This document shows, piece by piece, positions 8,191 to 17,566 of a stretch of DNA of 64,000 nucleotides. This DNA comes from Halarcobacter sp. (GTDB lineage Bacteria; Campylobacterota; Campylobacteria; Campylobacterales; Arcobacteraceae): the NCBI GenBank assembly GCA_963676565.1, contig OY781089.1:2080001-2144000 (forward strand). The letters are read 5' to 3'. Positions within the stretch are counted from its first letter, which is position 1, and each line of letters starts with the position of its first letter. A program made the translations under genes and the position numbers. The notes under the pieces are model-generated. The model saw only the letters and a program-made list of their open reading frames with translations. It did not search any database and was not told the origin of the DNA.

Positions 8191-10710
8191 TTATTTTCCA
8201 AATAGGTTTTGACCTAAAGATTTATATGTATCATAAAGTGTAATCATCTTTTTAGCCCATTTAATTCTACACTTGTCAACAAGTTTATCTTTAAATTGAA
8301 TAACCTCTTTACCATCTTTTTCAGCTTCTTCGTATTTAGAAATCATCTCTTCATACTCTTGAACCTCTTTTTGAGTTGGAGTAAAGATATCATTGATGTA
8401 CTCAACTTGAACTGGGTGGATTAATGCTTTACCATCAAATCCTAAATTAAATGCATCTTTTGTTGAATCTTCACAAGCAAATTCATCATGAACATCATTA
8501 TGTGGTCCATCAATAACTGTTTTACCATATGCTTTTGCTGATAATGCAATACGTGCTAGGTAATTAAACATAGCTTTAGAACCTTTTTTAATATCAATTT
8601 GAAGTCTATTTGCTAAGCTATTTGAACCAACAACAATAACCTCAGTTTTCTTTGAAGCTTCACAAATATCAGGTGAATTTAAAATTGCCAATGGAGTTTC
8701 AATCATCACCATCATTGTTAAGTCAGGATTAACTTCATTAATTAATCTTTCTGCTTCTAAAACTTGCTCAACTGTTTCAATTTGTGAAAATAAAATTGCA
8801 TCAATTTCAATCTCTCGTGCAAGTTCTAAATCTTTTGTTAATTCTTCAGTTCCAATGTTATTAACTCTTAAAACTCTTTCTGATTCACCAAATTTAGAAC
8901 CCTCTTCAGCATAAACTTCTCTAATTGTATTTCTTGCAATCTCTTTTTGTTCATGTAAAATAGCTTCAATATCAAATACAACAGAATCTGCTAAAACAGT
9001 TTTTGCTTTTTTTACATACTTTTTATTATAAGCTGGAACAAACATCATTGATCTTCTAGCTTTATATTCAACAATCTCTTCACCTGTTTCTTGCGAATGG
9101 TATTGTTCATGTAATTGTTTAACAAGTTGTTTTCTTAAAACTTTTCCATTTTTAGTTCTTGGATAATCTTTCATCCCAAAAATAACTTTTGGAGCTTTAT
9201 ATTTAGCAAGATTTGTTTGAGAAAATGCAAGAATCTCTTGCTCTTGCTCTTCTGTTAAATCTTCATGTCCAATAACTGCAATAGCAACTAAAGTTTTATC
9301 TTTTTCTAAATCAAGACCAAAGGCAACACAATCAGCTACTAAATCGTGAGTTTTTACAACTCTTTCAATCTCATGTGGAGATACTCTAAATCCAAACGTG
9401 TTAATGATGTCATCTTTTCTACCAATGAACCAAATATATCCATCTTTATCTCTTTTTGCATAATCACCTGTAAAGAAATATCCATCATGTCTAGCTTTAG
9501 CTGTTTCTTCTTCTAATTGCCAGTATTCTAAGAATAAACCTGGATCATCTTCACCTATACAGATCATCCCTTCTTCTTCTAATCCAACTTCTTCTAAAGT
9601 ATCTGGATCAAGTAGTTTTACAATGTGTCCTGGCTGAACAAATCCTGCACTTCCAGGTCTAATTGGATTGTTTTTAGAGTGTGAAATATAATATGAACAC
9701 TCAGACATACCAATTGCTTCAAAGATATCTTGATTAAATCTTTCTCTCCATAAACCTAACATCTCATCAGATAAATGCTCACCAGCAGACATACAGTATC
9801 TTAATGATGGACAATCTTTAATTGAGAAATCAGTTTTTTGAATGATTTGTCTATAAATTGTTGGAACCCCAATGAAAATTGTACATTGGTGTTTTTTAAT
9901 TAAATCAATCCATGTTGAAGCATCATTTGCTCCTTCATATGCAATTACTGTATGACCATTAAATAATGGATCCATAAGTGCAGAACCTAATACATAAGTC
10001 CAGTTAAATTTACCAGAGTGCATGATTCTATCATTCTCTTTAAAATCAAACCAATATTCAGTTGCAGGAGTTCTACCAACTAATGATCTATGAGAGTGTA
10101 AAACTCCCTTTGGATAACCAGTTGTTCCTGATGTATATACTAAATATGCAGGCTCACCAGATTTTGATGGATAATGATTAGGTGTTTTATCTGTATTTGC
10201 TAAAATCTCATTTAAAGCATATACTTTCATACCCTTTGGCACTTTATAATCTGCAACACTATCTACACCAGCAACAATAATTGTTTTTAGATTATCAACA
10301 TTTTCTAAATATGGAACTAGATTTTCAAACATAGTTGCACTCATAACAATTGCACTAGCTTGTGAATCTTCAGCAAGATATTTAACCTCTGAACCACTTA
10401 AAAGTGTAGACGTTGGTACTGCAATAATTCCAGCTTTAATCGCACCAAAAAATGAGATTGGATATGCTAAAGAGTTTTTTAAACAAACTAAAACTCTATC
10501 TCTAGCTCCAATTCCAATTGATGTTAGGAAGTTACAAACCTGGTCTGATTTTTCTGATAACTCTTTATATGTAATCTCATCAGTACCAAGTTTATCATCT
10601 TCAATGATCATTGCAGTACTATTTTCTTTTGCTGTTCCTAAATGACTTGATGTACAAGCTACACCAATATTTAAAAATTCAGGTACTTCAATTTTTACAT
10701 TTGAACTCAT
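8191..10710 (-). CDS. Acyl-CoA synthetase (AMP-forming) fused to a C-terminal CitE/Mcl2-like domain
   Basis: ANL motifs YTSGTTGYPKG, GMSE, TGD, GRKDD and PRTKNGK in the first ~535 aa; then RRSMMFVP, LRVN, MIETP and GFDGKALIHPVQ (CitE fold). Confidence 0.85.
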   Translation of the reverse strand: MSSNVKIEVPEFLNIGVACTSSHLGTAKENSTAMIIEDDKLGTDEITYKELSEKSDQVCNFLTSIGIGARDRVLVCLKNSLAYPISFFGAIKAGIIAVPTSTLLSGSEVKYLAEDSQASAIVMSATMFENLVPYLENVDNLKTIIVAGVDSVADYKVPKGMKVYALNEILANTDKTPNHYPSKSGEPAYLVYTSGTTGYPKGVLHSHRSLVGRTPATEYWFDFKENDRIMHSGKFNWTYVLGSALMDPLFNGHTVIAYEGANDASTWIDLIKKHQCTIFIGVPTIYRQIIQKTDFSIKDCPSLRYCMSAGEHLSDEMLGLWRERFNQDIFEAIGMSECSYYISHSKNNPIRPGSAGFVQPGHIVKLLDPDTLEEVGLEEEGMICIGEDDPGLFLEYWQLEEETAKARHDGYFFTGDYAKRDKDGYIWFIGRKDDIINTFGFRVSPHEIERVVKTHDLVADCVAFGLDLEKDKTLVAIAVIGHEDLTEEQEQEILAFSQTNLAKYKAPKVIFGMKDYPRTKNGKVLRKQLVKQLHEQYHSQETGEEIVEYKARRSMMFVPAYNKKYVKKAKTVLADSVVFDIEAILHEQKEIARNTIREVYAEEGSKFGESERVLRVNNIGTEELTKDLELAREIEIDAILFSQIETVEQVLEAERLINEVNPDLTMMVMIETPLAILNSPDICEASKKTEVIVVGSNSLANRLQIDIKKGSKAMFNYLARIALSAKAYGKTVIDGPHNDVHDEFACEDSTKDAFNLGFDGKALIHPVQVEYINDIFTPTQKEVQEYEEMISKYEEAEKDGKEVIQFKDKLVDKCRIKWAKKMITLYDTYKSLGQNLFGK

Positions 10711-10726
10711 AATTTCAACTCCCTAA

Positions 10727-11860
10727 TTAGATTTGACCATAAGGCCAGTTTTCTTTAAATGTATGTAATGGCATTTTATTTAATACTGTTACAGCAAACT
10801 CATAATCTTCTTTACTTAAACTATTAAGTGCATTTGCTCTTAAGATATTTTGTAAAGATTTACCAAACATTGGTGGATCTAACATTTCACCTTCATATCT
10901 AATAGCTCCACTTAATAAAGCATCTGTTTCAATAGCTGCTTTTAAAATATCTACATCTTTTGCAATTTCTTTTGGAGATGGAGTAAATGCTACTTTACAA
11001 ACATTGATATGATTAGGAGTAATAACTTGTTTACCTGTTAATCCCATTGCATATTCTCTTTGTGCATGTGCATAAACATGTCTTGATGCATCATCACCAT
11101 GCAAATCTAACCATCTTCTAATATCTTTTTTCTCAACGCAAGAATCTGGTAATGAATTTGGAGTAAGTAAAACTTCAACCCCACCAATTACACCTTTACC
11201 TTGTATTCTAGCTTCCATAGTAAGCATATTAAAAAATGTTTCTAATTCATCAATCCAACCCTCAGGAGTGATTTTGTATGACATAGCTTTTGAAAAGTCA
11301 TGGATACCAAATACTAAGTGTTGTACAGTTGAAAATTGCATTAACTTATCAGCAATCTTAAGTGATTTTGGGTGTTCAATAATTGGTTGAATTTGTAAAT
11401 TCGATCCAATTGAAATTAACCAAGATGATAAATCTCTAATCTCAGCTGCTCCATATACTTCACCAGCTTTTGCTAAAACAATTGCATCAATATATTTGTG
11501 AATTTGTTTTAACATTTTTAAATCTTCTTCGTATTCAGCTGTTCTAAATGGATTAATTCTTACAGCAATTTGAAAATCTCTTTCAGGAAACTTTGGAAGT
11601 TCTTGAATTAGTAATTCCCTTGACATCTCTTTTTGTCTACATCCATCTTCTAAGTCAAATAAAACTGTATGAGCTTTTGTTTTGTAAGCATGTTTTTGTA
11701 ATCTATATTTAGCTTGCTCCATAGTTTCATAAGTTCCATCAAGTGGATTAAACTTAATTGGTGGATAATAAATTTGAATACCTGGCCATTTTCCCCCTAG
11801 CACAGGTGATAAATCGTCATTTGCAGTTAATTTTGATAAATCTACGAAAGATGAATTCAT
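10727..11860 (-). CDS. CitE superfamily CoA-ester lyase (malyl/methylmalyl/citramalyl-CoA lyase-like)
   Basis: FDLEDG, VRINP, IIEHP, FGIHDF, GLTGKQVITP and GEMLDPP motifs. Confidence 0.8.
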   Translation of the reverse strand: MNSSFVDLSKLTANDDLSPVLGGKWPGIQIYYPPIKFNPLDGTYETMEQAKYRLQKHAYKTKAHTVLFDLEDGCRQKEMSRELLIQELPKFPERDFQIAVRINPFRTAEYEEDLKMLKQIHKYIDAIVLAKAGEVYGAAEIRDLSSWLISIGSNLQIQPIIEHPKSLKIADKLMQFSTVQHLVFGIHDFSKAMSYKITPEGWIDELETFFNMLTMEARIQGKGVIGGVEVLLTPNSLPDSCVEKKDIRRWLDLHGDDASRHVYAHAQREYAMGLTGKQVITPNHINVCKVAFTPSPKEIAKDVDILKAAIETDALLSGAIRYEGEMLDPPMFGKSLQNILRANALNSLSKEDYEFAVTVLNKMPLHTFKENWPYGQI

Positions 11861-12194
11861 AATTTTTCCCTCTTTTCCTAATAATTTCTGTTAAAAATCT
11901 TATTCAGATTGATTTCTGATAGACGAATTAATCCATATATAAAATAAACTGAATCATACTTTTAAAAATTAATTTAAATTTTAAGAAAATTTTTATTATT
12001 GTTGTAGGCACCATAAAATAGGGCTTTTTTAAAGTGAGAATATGATAGTTTCACAATGTGAGAAAATTTTTTTCAAAACTCTTATAATGTAAAAAATTTT
12101 TTTCAAAATTTGTACAATTTTGTAGCTTATTTAGGAACAAAATATTTTTTATAGTTCAAAAAGGAGATAAATTCTTTATACATTTATTGAAAAA

Positions 12195-12962
12195 ATGATA
12201 AAATCAAAAAAAATTAATAGAAGAGATAAATTGCAAAATAGTCCAAACAAGTCTTTTAAAAAAGGGCTTCAAGTCTTAAAAGAGATTATGAAAGCCAATA
12301 AACCAGTTACAGCTAATACTTTATGTCAAAAACTTGAAATAGATAAAAGTACTATGTCTAGATTAGTTACAACTTTGATGAGTGAAGATTTTATTGAATA
12401 TAAAGGTGATTCAAAAGAGATTATTTTAAGTGACATATTAAGAAAAATTGTATTTAAAAATGATAGAGAAAAAATTATAGAAAAAACTGCTGCTCTTTTA
12501 GATCAGATTTTTCATCTAACCAATGAAGCGGCATATATCTACATATTGGATAATAACTTAGCTTTAAATCTAAATCAAATAGATATGTCAACTCGGGTTT
12601 TAAAAACTAGAGATTCAATTGGATTACATTCACCTTTACATGCTAATGCTTTTGGAAAAGTTCTTATTGCTTTTACCCCTGAAGTAAAAATAGATTCTTT
12701 AGAATTAACAAAATATACATCTTATACAATAACATGTAAAACAAAATTACAAAAAGAGTTAGATCTAATCAAAGAAAGAGGTTATTCAATTGGTACTGAA
12801 GAGTATGAATTTGGATTGAAATCTGTTGCTGTTCCTTATTTTGATAAGCAAAATAAATTCATAGGTGCAGTTGGAATATCTGGATTATCAGTTAGACTTG
12901 AAGATGAAAAACTTCATAAATTTGGGCAAGAGATTTTTAAATTAGTTAATAGTTACAACTAA
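12195..12962 (+). CDS. IclR family transcriptional regulator (start may be the TTG at 12231)
   Basis: N-terminal HTH (LEIDKSTMSRLVTTL); PLHANAFGKVLIA and GYSIGTEEYEFGLKSVAVP effector-domain motifs; divergent from the CitE operon. Confidence 0.9.
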   Translation: MIKSKKINRRDKLQNSPNKSFKKGLQVLKEIMKANKPVTANTLCQKLEIDKSTMSRLVTTLMSEDFIEYKGDSKEIILSDILRKIVFKNDREKIIEKTAALLDQIFHLTNEAAYIYILDNNLALNLNQIDMSTRVLKTRDSIGLHSPLHANAFGKVLIAFTPEVKIDSLELTKYTSYTITCKTKLQKELDLIKERGYSIGTEEYEFGLKSVAVPYFDKQNKFIGAVGISGLSVRLEDEKLHKFGQEIFKLVNSYN

Positions 12963-12971
12963 AGGTAAGTC

Positions 12972-13868
12972 TTATAGACTTCCTTTGTTGTTTGATAAAT
13001 ATTCATGTGCTAAATAAGAACTTCTAGCATATGGTGTTGAGTGAACAAAAGAGAACCCTAACTCTTTTGCTAATTTTTTATATCTATCGAATTGATCTGG
13101 ATGAACAAACTCTTTTACCTTTGCATAGTCTCCACTTGGTGCTAAATATTGACCAATACTTAAAAAATCACATCCTACAGCTCTTAAGTCTTTAAATACT
13201 TGAACCATCTCTTCTTCAGTTTCGCCAAGACCAACCATAAGTGCAGATTTTGTTTTTATTTTATTACCACCAAGTTCTTTTAATCTTTGTAGAACATCTA
13301 ATGATCTTTGATATGTAGCACCTTTTCTAATTTTATACATTGATGGTACTGTCTCAATATTATGTCCAATAATTACAGCACCTGAATCAACAACTTTTTT
13401 TAAAGAATCATCATCTGCTTGAAAATCAGGAATAAGAATTTCAACTTGAGTATCTTCTGTATTTTCTAAAATACTTTTTGTAACTTCATAAAAATGATTT
13501 GCACCACCATCTTTTAAATCGTCTCTTGCAGGACTAGTTATAACAACAAATTTTAATCCAAGCTTTTGAACAGATGTTGTAATTTCTTGAACTTCTTTTT
13601 CATTAACATAACCGTTTGGATTCCCAGTTTTAACATTACAATATTGACATCTTCTTGTACATAAGTCACCTAAAATCATAAATGTAGCATTTTTCTTAGC
13701 AAAACATTCACTAATATTAGGACATTTGGCTTCTTGACAAATCGTATGTAATCCATGTTCTCCTAATAAAGCTTCCATCTCTTTTTGTGCAGTTGGAACT
13801 AGTTTCTTTCTTAACCATTCAGGTTTTTTAAAATCAACTTTTTTAAATTGATTTACTGCTTGTGTCAT
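12972..13868 (-). CDS. lipA: Lipoyl synthase
   Basis: CQEAKCPNISEC (CX4CX5C) and CTRRCQYC radical-SAM motifs; C-terminal RSSY. Confidence 0.97.
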   Translation of the reverse strand: MTQAVNQFKKVDFKKPEWLRKKLVPTAQKEMEALLGEHGLHTICQEAKCPNISECFAKKNATFMILGDLCTRRCQYCNVKTGNPNGYVNEKEVQEITTSVQKLGLKFVVITSPARDDLKDGGANHFYEVTKSILENTEDTQVEILIPDFQADDDSLKKVVDSGAVIIGHNIETVPSMYKIRKGATYQRSLDVLQRLKELGGNKIKTKSALMVGLGETEEEMVQVFKDLRAVGCDFLSIGQYLAPSGDYAKVKEFVHPDQFDRYKKLAKELGFSFVHSTPYARSSYLAHEYLSNNKGSL

Positions 13869-14592
13869 ATTTTTCCTTTAACAAGTTATTTTTTAAATCT
13901 ATTTCATCATTTGTCAGTTTTTCTTCTTTTAAAGTAACATTAAAAGTAGTTCTAAATGCATCAATAATTTGATTGATTGCATCTTGTGAATTTAATTTTA
14001 TTCCAATATCTTCAAGACTAATACCTAATTTCTCATCAAAACCGTTACTTTTTGTAGCAACTAATGGAATTGAACCATGTTGAAAAATTGCTTTTTTTGT
14101 TCGTCTTTGTGCATTTCCACCAATTTTTTTTCCATTTACAAGGATATCATATGCTTCAAATCCAACTTGACAAAACTCACTTTTAGATAATTGAATCTTT
14201 TCATTGTCTTTTGCGTAGCAAACATCTAGACCTAAATTTTTGTAAAAATTCAGTAGAAATTGACATATATATTCATAAGATTTTTTTATACTTAGTGTTG
14301 ATAAAATATGTGTTGGTATTATTAATGAATATGAAATATCATGTCCATGAAATAAAATTCCACCACCTGTTATTCTTTTAGCAACTTTTTCTTTTTGATT
14401 TTCTAGAAAATCGTAAGATTCGATATTTTGGGAAATTCCAATGGTTGAACTATTTTCATCCCAAGTATATAATCTTATTATTGGCAAATCATCATTCTCA
14501 AAATTTTTTAACAATGATTCATCTGTTGCCATATTCTCTTTTGAAGAACCTTGATTTGATACAATTAATCTAAATGTTTTTTTATTAAACAA
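13843..14592 (-). CDS. Lipoate/octanoate-protein ligase (LplA/LipM family)
   Basis: NMATDE, RITGGG, KKIGGNAQRR and QHGSI motifs; overlaps the lipA start. Confidence 0.88.
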   Translation of the reverse strand: MFNKKTFRLIVSNQGSSKENMATDESLLKNFENDDLPIIRLYTWDENSSTIGISQNIESYDFLENQKEKVAKRITGGGILFHGHDISYSLIIPTHILSTLSIKKSYEYICQFLLNFYKNLGLDVCYAKDNEKIQLSKSEFCQVGFEAYDILVNGKKIGGNAQRRTKKAIFQHGSIPLVATKSNGFDEKLGISLEDIGIKLNSQDAINQIIDAFRTTFNVTLKEEKLTNDEIDLKNNLLKEKYDTSSKSI

Positions 14593-14812
14593 AATGTATA
14601 ATCTACCTTTAATTAAAATTCAAAAAAAACTAAAACTTTTTTTAGAAAATAGTAAATTTTCATCACCTTTTTTTCATTATAATTTCATTTATATATAAGA
14701 TATCTTAAAAAATAAATTAATATTTTAGATTCAGTTTACATTAAAATAAGATAAGTATCATATGTTCAGAATTCGGATTTATGGTGCGAATTGATACATA
14801 ATTTTTACATAA

Positions 14813-14826
14813 TGAACATATGTTCA
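14813..14826. promoter_or_regulatory. 14-bp palindrome upstream of aceE, candidate operator
   Basis: TGAACATATGTTCA in the divergent lipoyl ligase/aceE intergenic region. Confidence 0.4.
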
Positions 14827-14883
14827 ATCTTTAAAGTAAAAATTATCTTTAAAATTAAGAAAAAATTAAGTAAGGAAGTATGA

Positions 14884-17556
14884 ATGTCAGAAATAAACTT
14901 AAACGACATTGATCCAGAAGAAACACTGGAGTGGATTGATGCCCTAGATGCAGTTTTAGAGAAGGAAGGTCCAAAGAGAGCCCACTACCTTTTAGAACAA
15001 CTAATTGATAAAGCTAGAAGAAGTGGAACATACCTACCGTTCAAAGCTACAACTGCATATTTAAATAGTATTGATGTTGATAATGAACCAAAAATGCCAG
15101 GTGACAGAGATATTGAAAGAAAAATCAGATCTGCAATTAGATGGAATGCTGCTATTATGGTTCAAAGAGGTTCTAAAAAGAACTTAGAGTTAGGTGGTCA
15201 TATTGCATCTTTCCAATCTTCTGCAACTTTATATGATGTAGGGTTTAATCACTTTTTTAGAGCACCCAATGAAAAAGATGGTGGAGATTTAATTTTTTAT
15301 CAAGGACATATTGCTCCAGGTATTTATGCACGAAGTTTTGTTGAAGGAAGAATAACTGAAGCTCAAATGGATAATTTTAGACAAGAAGCTTTAGAAGATG
15401 GATTATCTTCATATCCACATCCAAAACTTATGCCTAATTATTGGCAATTCCCAACTGTTTCTATGGGACTTGGACCAATTCAAGCAATTTATCAAGCAAG
15501 ATTTTTAAAATATTTAACTGATAGAGGAATTAAAGATTGTTCTGAACAAAAAGTATATTGTTATATGGGTGATGGTGAGTGTGACGAACCAGAATCATTA
15601 GGGGCAATTGGACTTGCTGGTAGAGAAGGGTTAGATAACTTAGTATTTGTTATTAACTGTAACCTGCAAAGACTTGATGGACCTGTAAGAGGAAATGGAA
15701 AAATCATTCAAGAGCTTGAAGGTAACTTCAGAGGTAATGGATGGAGAGTTCTTAAAGTTATCTGGGGTAGACACTGGGATGCCTTACTTAAAAAAGACAA
15801 ATCTGGAAAACTTCTTAAACTAATGGAAGAGACTGTTGATGGTGAGTACCAAAACTTTAAGCAAAAAGGTGGAGCTTACACAAGAGAACACTTCTTTAAT
15901 AAATACCCTGAAACTGCTAAATTAGTTGAAAATATGTCTGATGCTGAAATTTTCGCACTAAATAGAGGTGGACACGATCCATTAAAAGTATATGCAGCAT
16001 ACAAAGCAGCAAATGAAACTAAAGATAGACCAACTGTAATTTTAGCAAAAACTGTAAAAGGTTACGGAATGGGTGAAGCTGCTGAAGGTAAAAATATCGC
16101 TCACGGTGTTAAAAAAGTTGATACTGACTCATTAAGAAAATTTAGAGATAGATTTAGAATTCCTGTAACTGATGAAGAACTAGAATCTTATCCATATTAT
16201 ACATTCCCAGAAGATTCTGAAGAATACAAATATATGAAAGCTAGAAGAGAAGAGTTAGGTGGATATTTACCACAAAGAAGACCAAAATTCTCAGAAAAAT
16301 TAGAGATTCCTGAACTTGAAAAATTTAAAGCTGTTTTAGATGGTAGTGGTGATAGAGAAATCTCAACTACTATGGCATTTGTAAGAGTACTTAATGTTTT
16401 AGTTAAAGATAAAAAACTTGGAAAAAGAATTGTTCCAATTGTTCCAGATGAAGCTAGAACATTTGGTATGGAAGGGATGTTTAGACAATTAGGTATCTAT
16501 TCTTCTGAAGGTCAAAAATATATTCCACAAGATAGAGATCAAGTTGCATATTATAAAGAAGATAAAAAAGGTCAAGTGCTTCAAGAAGGTATTAATGAAC
16601 TTGGAGCAATGGGTTCTTGGATTGCAGCAGCAACTTCTTACTCAATAAATGATTGTCCAATGATTCCATTTTATATTTTCTACTCAATGTTTGGATTCCA
16701 AAGAACAGGTGATATTACTTGGGCAGCGGGAGATCAAATGGCAAGAGGTTTCTTAGTAGGTGGTACTTCAGGTAGAACTACACTAAATGGTGAGGGATTA
16801 CAACACGAAGATGGTCATTCACATATTATTGCAAATACAGTTCCAAATTGTGTTACTTATGACCCAACATTTGGATATGAAGTTGCAGTAGTAGTTCAAA
16901 ATGGTATCGAAAGAATGTATGGTGAGAATCAAGAAGATATTTTCTATTACATTACTACATTAAATGAAAACTATCAACAACCAGCTATGCCAGAAGGTGT
17001 AGAAGAGGGTATCTTAAAAGGTATTTATAAATACAAAACTGTTGAAGCTAAAAATGACTTTAAAGTTAAATTATTAGGATCAGGTTCAATCTTCCAACAA
17101 GTACTTAAAGCTTCTGAAGTTTTAGCAGGTGAATATGGAATTGCAACTGAGCTTTATTCTGTTACTTCTTATAATGAATTAACTAGACAAGCACAAGATG
17201 TTGAAAGAAATAATTTATTAAATATAGATGGTGAAGATGAGATTGCATATGTTGATCAAGTTCTAGGGTCAGATGATGAAAATATTATCATCTCTACAAC
17301 AGATTATATGAAATCATACTCAGAACAAATAGCACCATTTGTAAAAGGTTCTTTTAAAGCACTAGGTACTGATGGTTTTGGTAGATCTGATTCAAGAGCA
17401 AATTTGAGAAAATTCTTTGAAGTTGATACTGATTTTATTGTGTTTACAACTTTAGCACAACTTGCTGACGCTGGAAAAATAGAAAAATCAGTGGTTAAAG
17501 ATGCAATGGCTAAATATGGTATTGATGCATCAAAAATTAATCCAGTGAAACTATAA
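14884..17556 (+). CDS. aceE: Pyruvate dehydrogenase E1 (homodimeric type)
   Basis: LGGHIASFQS, LSSYPHPKLMP, TVSMGLGP, ThDP motif GDGE...NCNLQRLDG, GEGLQHEDG. Confidence 0.97.
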   Translation: MSEINLNDIDPEETLEWIDALDAVLEKEGPKRAHYLLEQLIDKARRSGTYLPFKATTAYLNSIDVDNEPKMPGDRDIERKIRSAIRWNAAIMVQRGSKKNLELGGHIASFQSSATLYDVGFNHFFRAPNEKDGGDLIFYQGHIAPGIYARSFVEGRITEAQMDNFRQEALEDGLSSYPHPKLMPNYWQFPTVSMGLGPIQAIYQARFLKYLTDRGIKDCSEQKVYCYMGDGECDEPESLGAIGLAGREGLDNLVFVINCNLQRLDGPVRGNGKIIQELEGNFRGNGWRVLKVIWGRHWDALLKKDKSGKLLKLMEETVDGEYQNFKQKGGAYTREHFFNKYPETAKLVENMSDAEIFALNRGGHDPLKVYAAYKAANETKDRPTVILAKTVKGYGMGEAAEGKNIAHGVKKVDTDSLRKFRDRFRIPVTDEELESYPYYTFPEDSEEYKYMKARREELGGYLPQRRPKFSEKLEIPELEKFKAVLDGSGDREISTTMAFVRVLNVLVKDKKLGKRIVPIVPDEARTFGMEGMFRQLGIYSSEGQKYIPQDRDQVAYYKEDKKGQVLQEGINELGAMGSWIAAATSYSINDCPMIPFYIFYSMFGFQRTGDITWAAGDQMARGFLVGGTSGRTTLNGEGLQHEDGHSHIIANTVPNCVTYDPTFGYEVAVVVQNGIERMYGENQEDIFYYITTLNENYQQPAMPEGVEEGILKGIYKYKTVEAKNDFKVKLLGSGSIFQQVLKASEVLAGEYGIATELYSVTSYNELTRQAQDVERNNLLNIDGEDEIAYVDQVLGSDDENIIISTTDYMKSYSEQIAPFVKGSFKALGTDGFGRSDSRANLRKFFEVDTDFIVFTTLAQLADAGKIEKSVVKDAMAKYGIDASKINPVKL

Positions 17557-17566
17557 GGAGTAAAAA

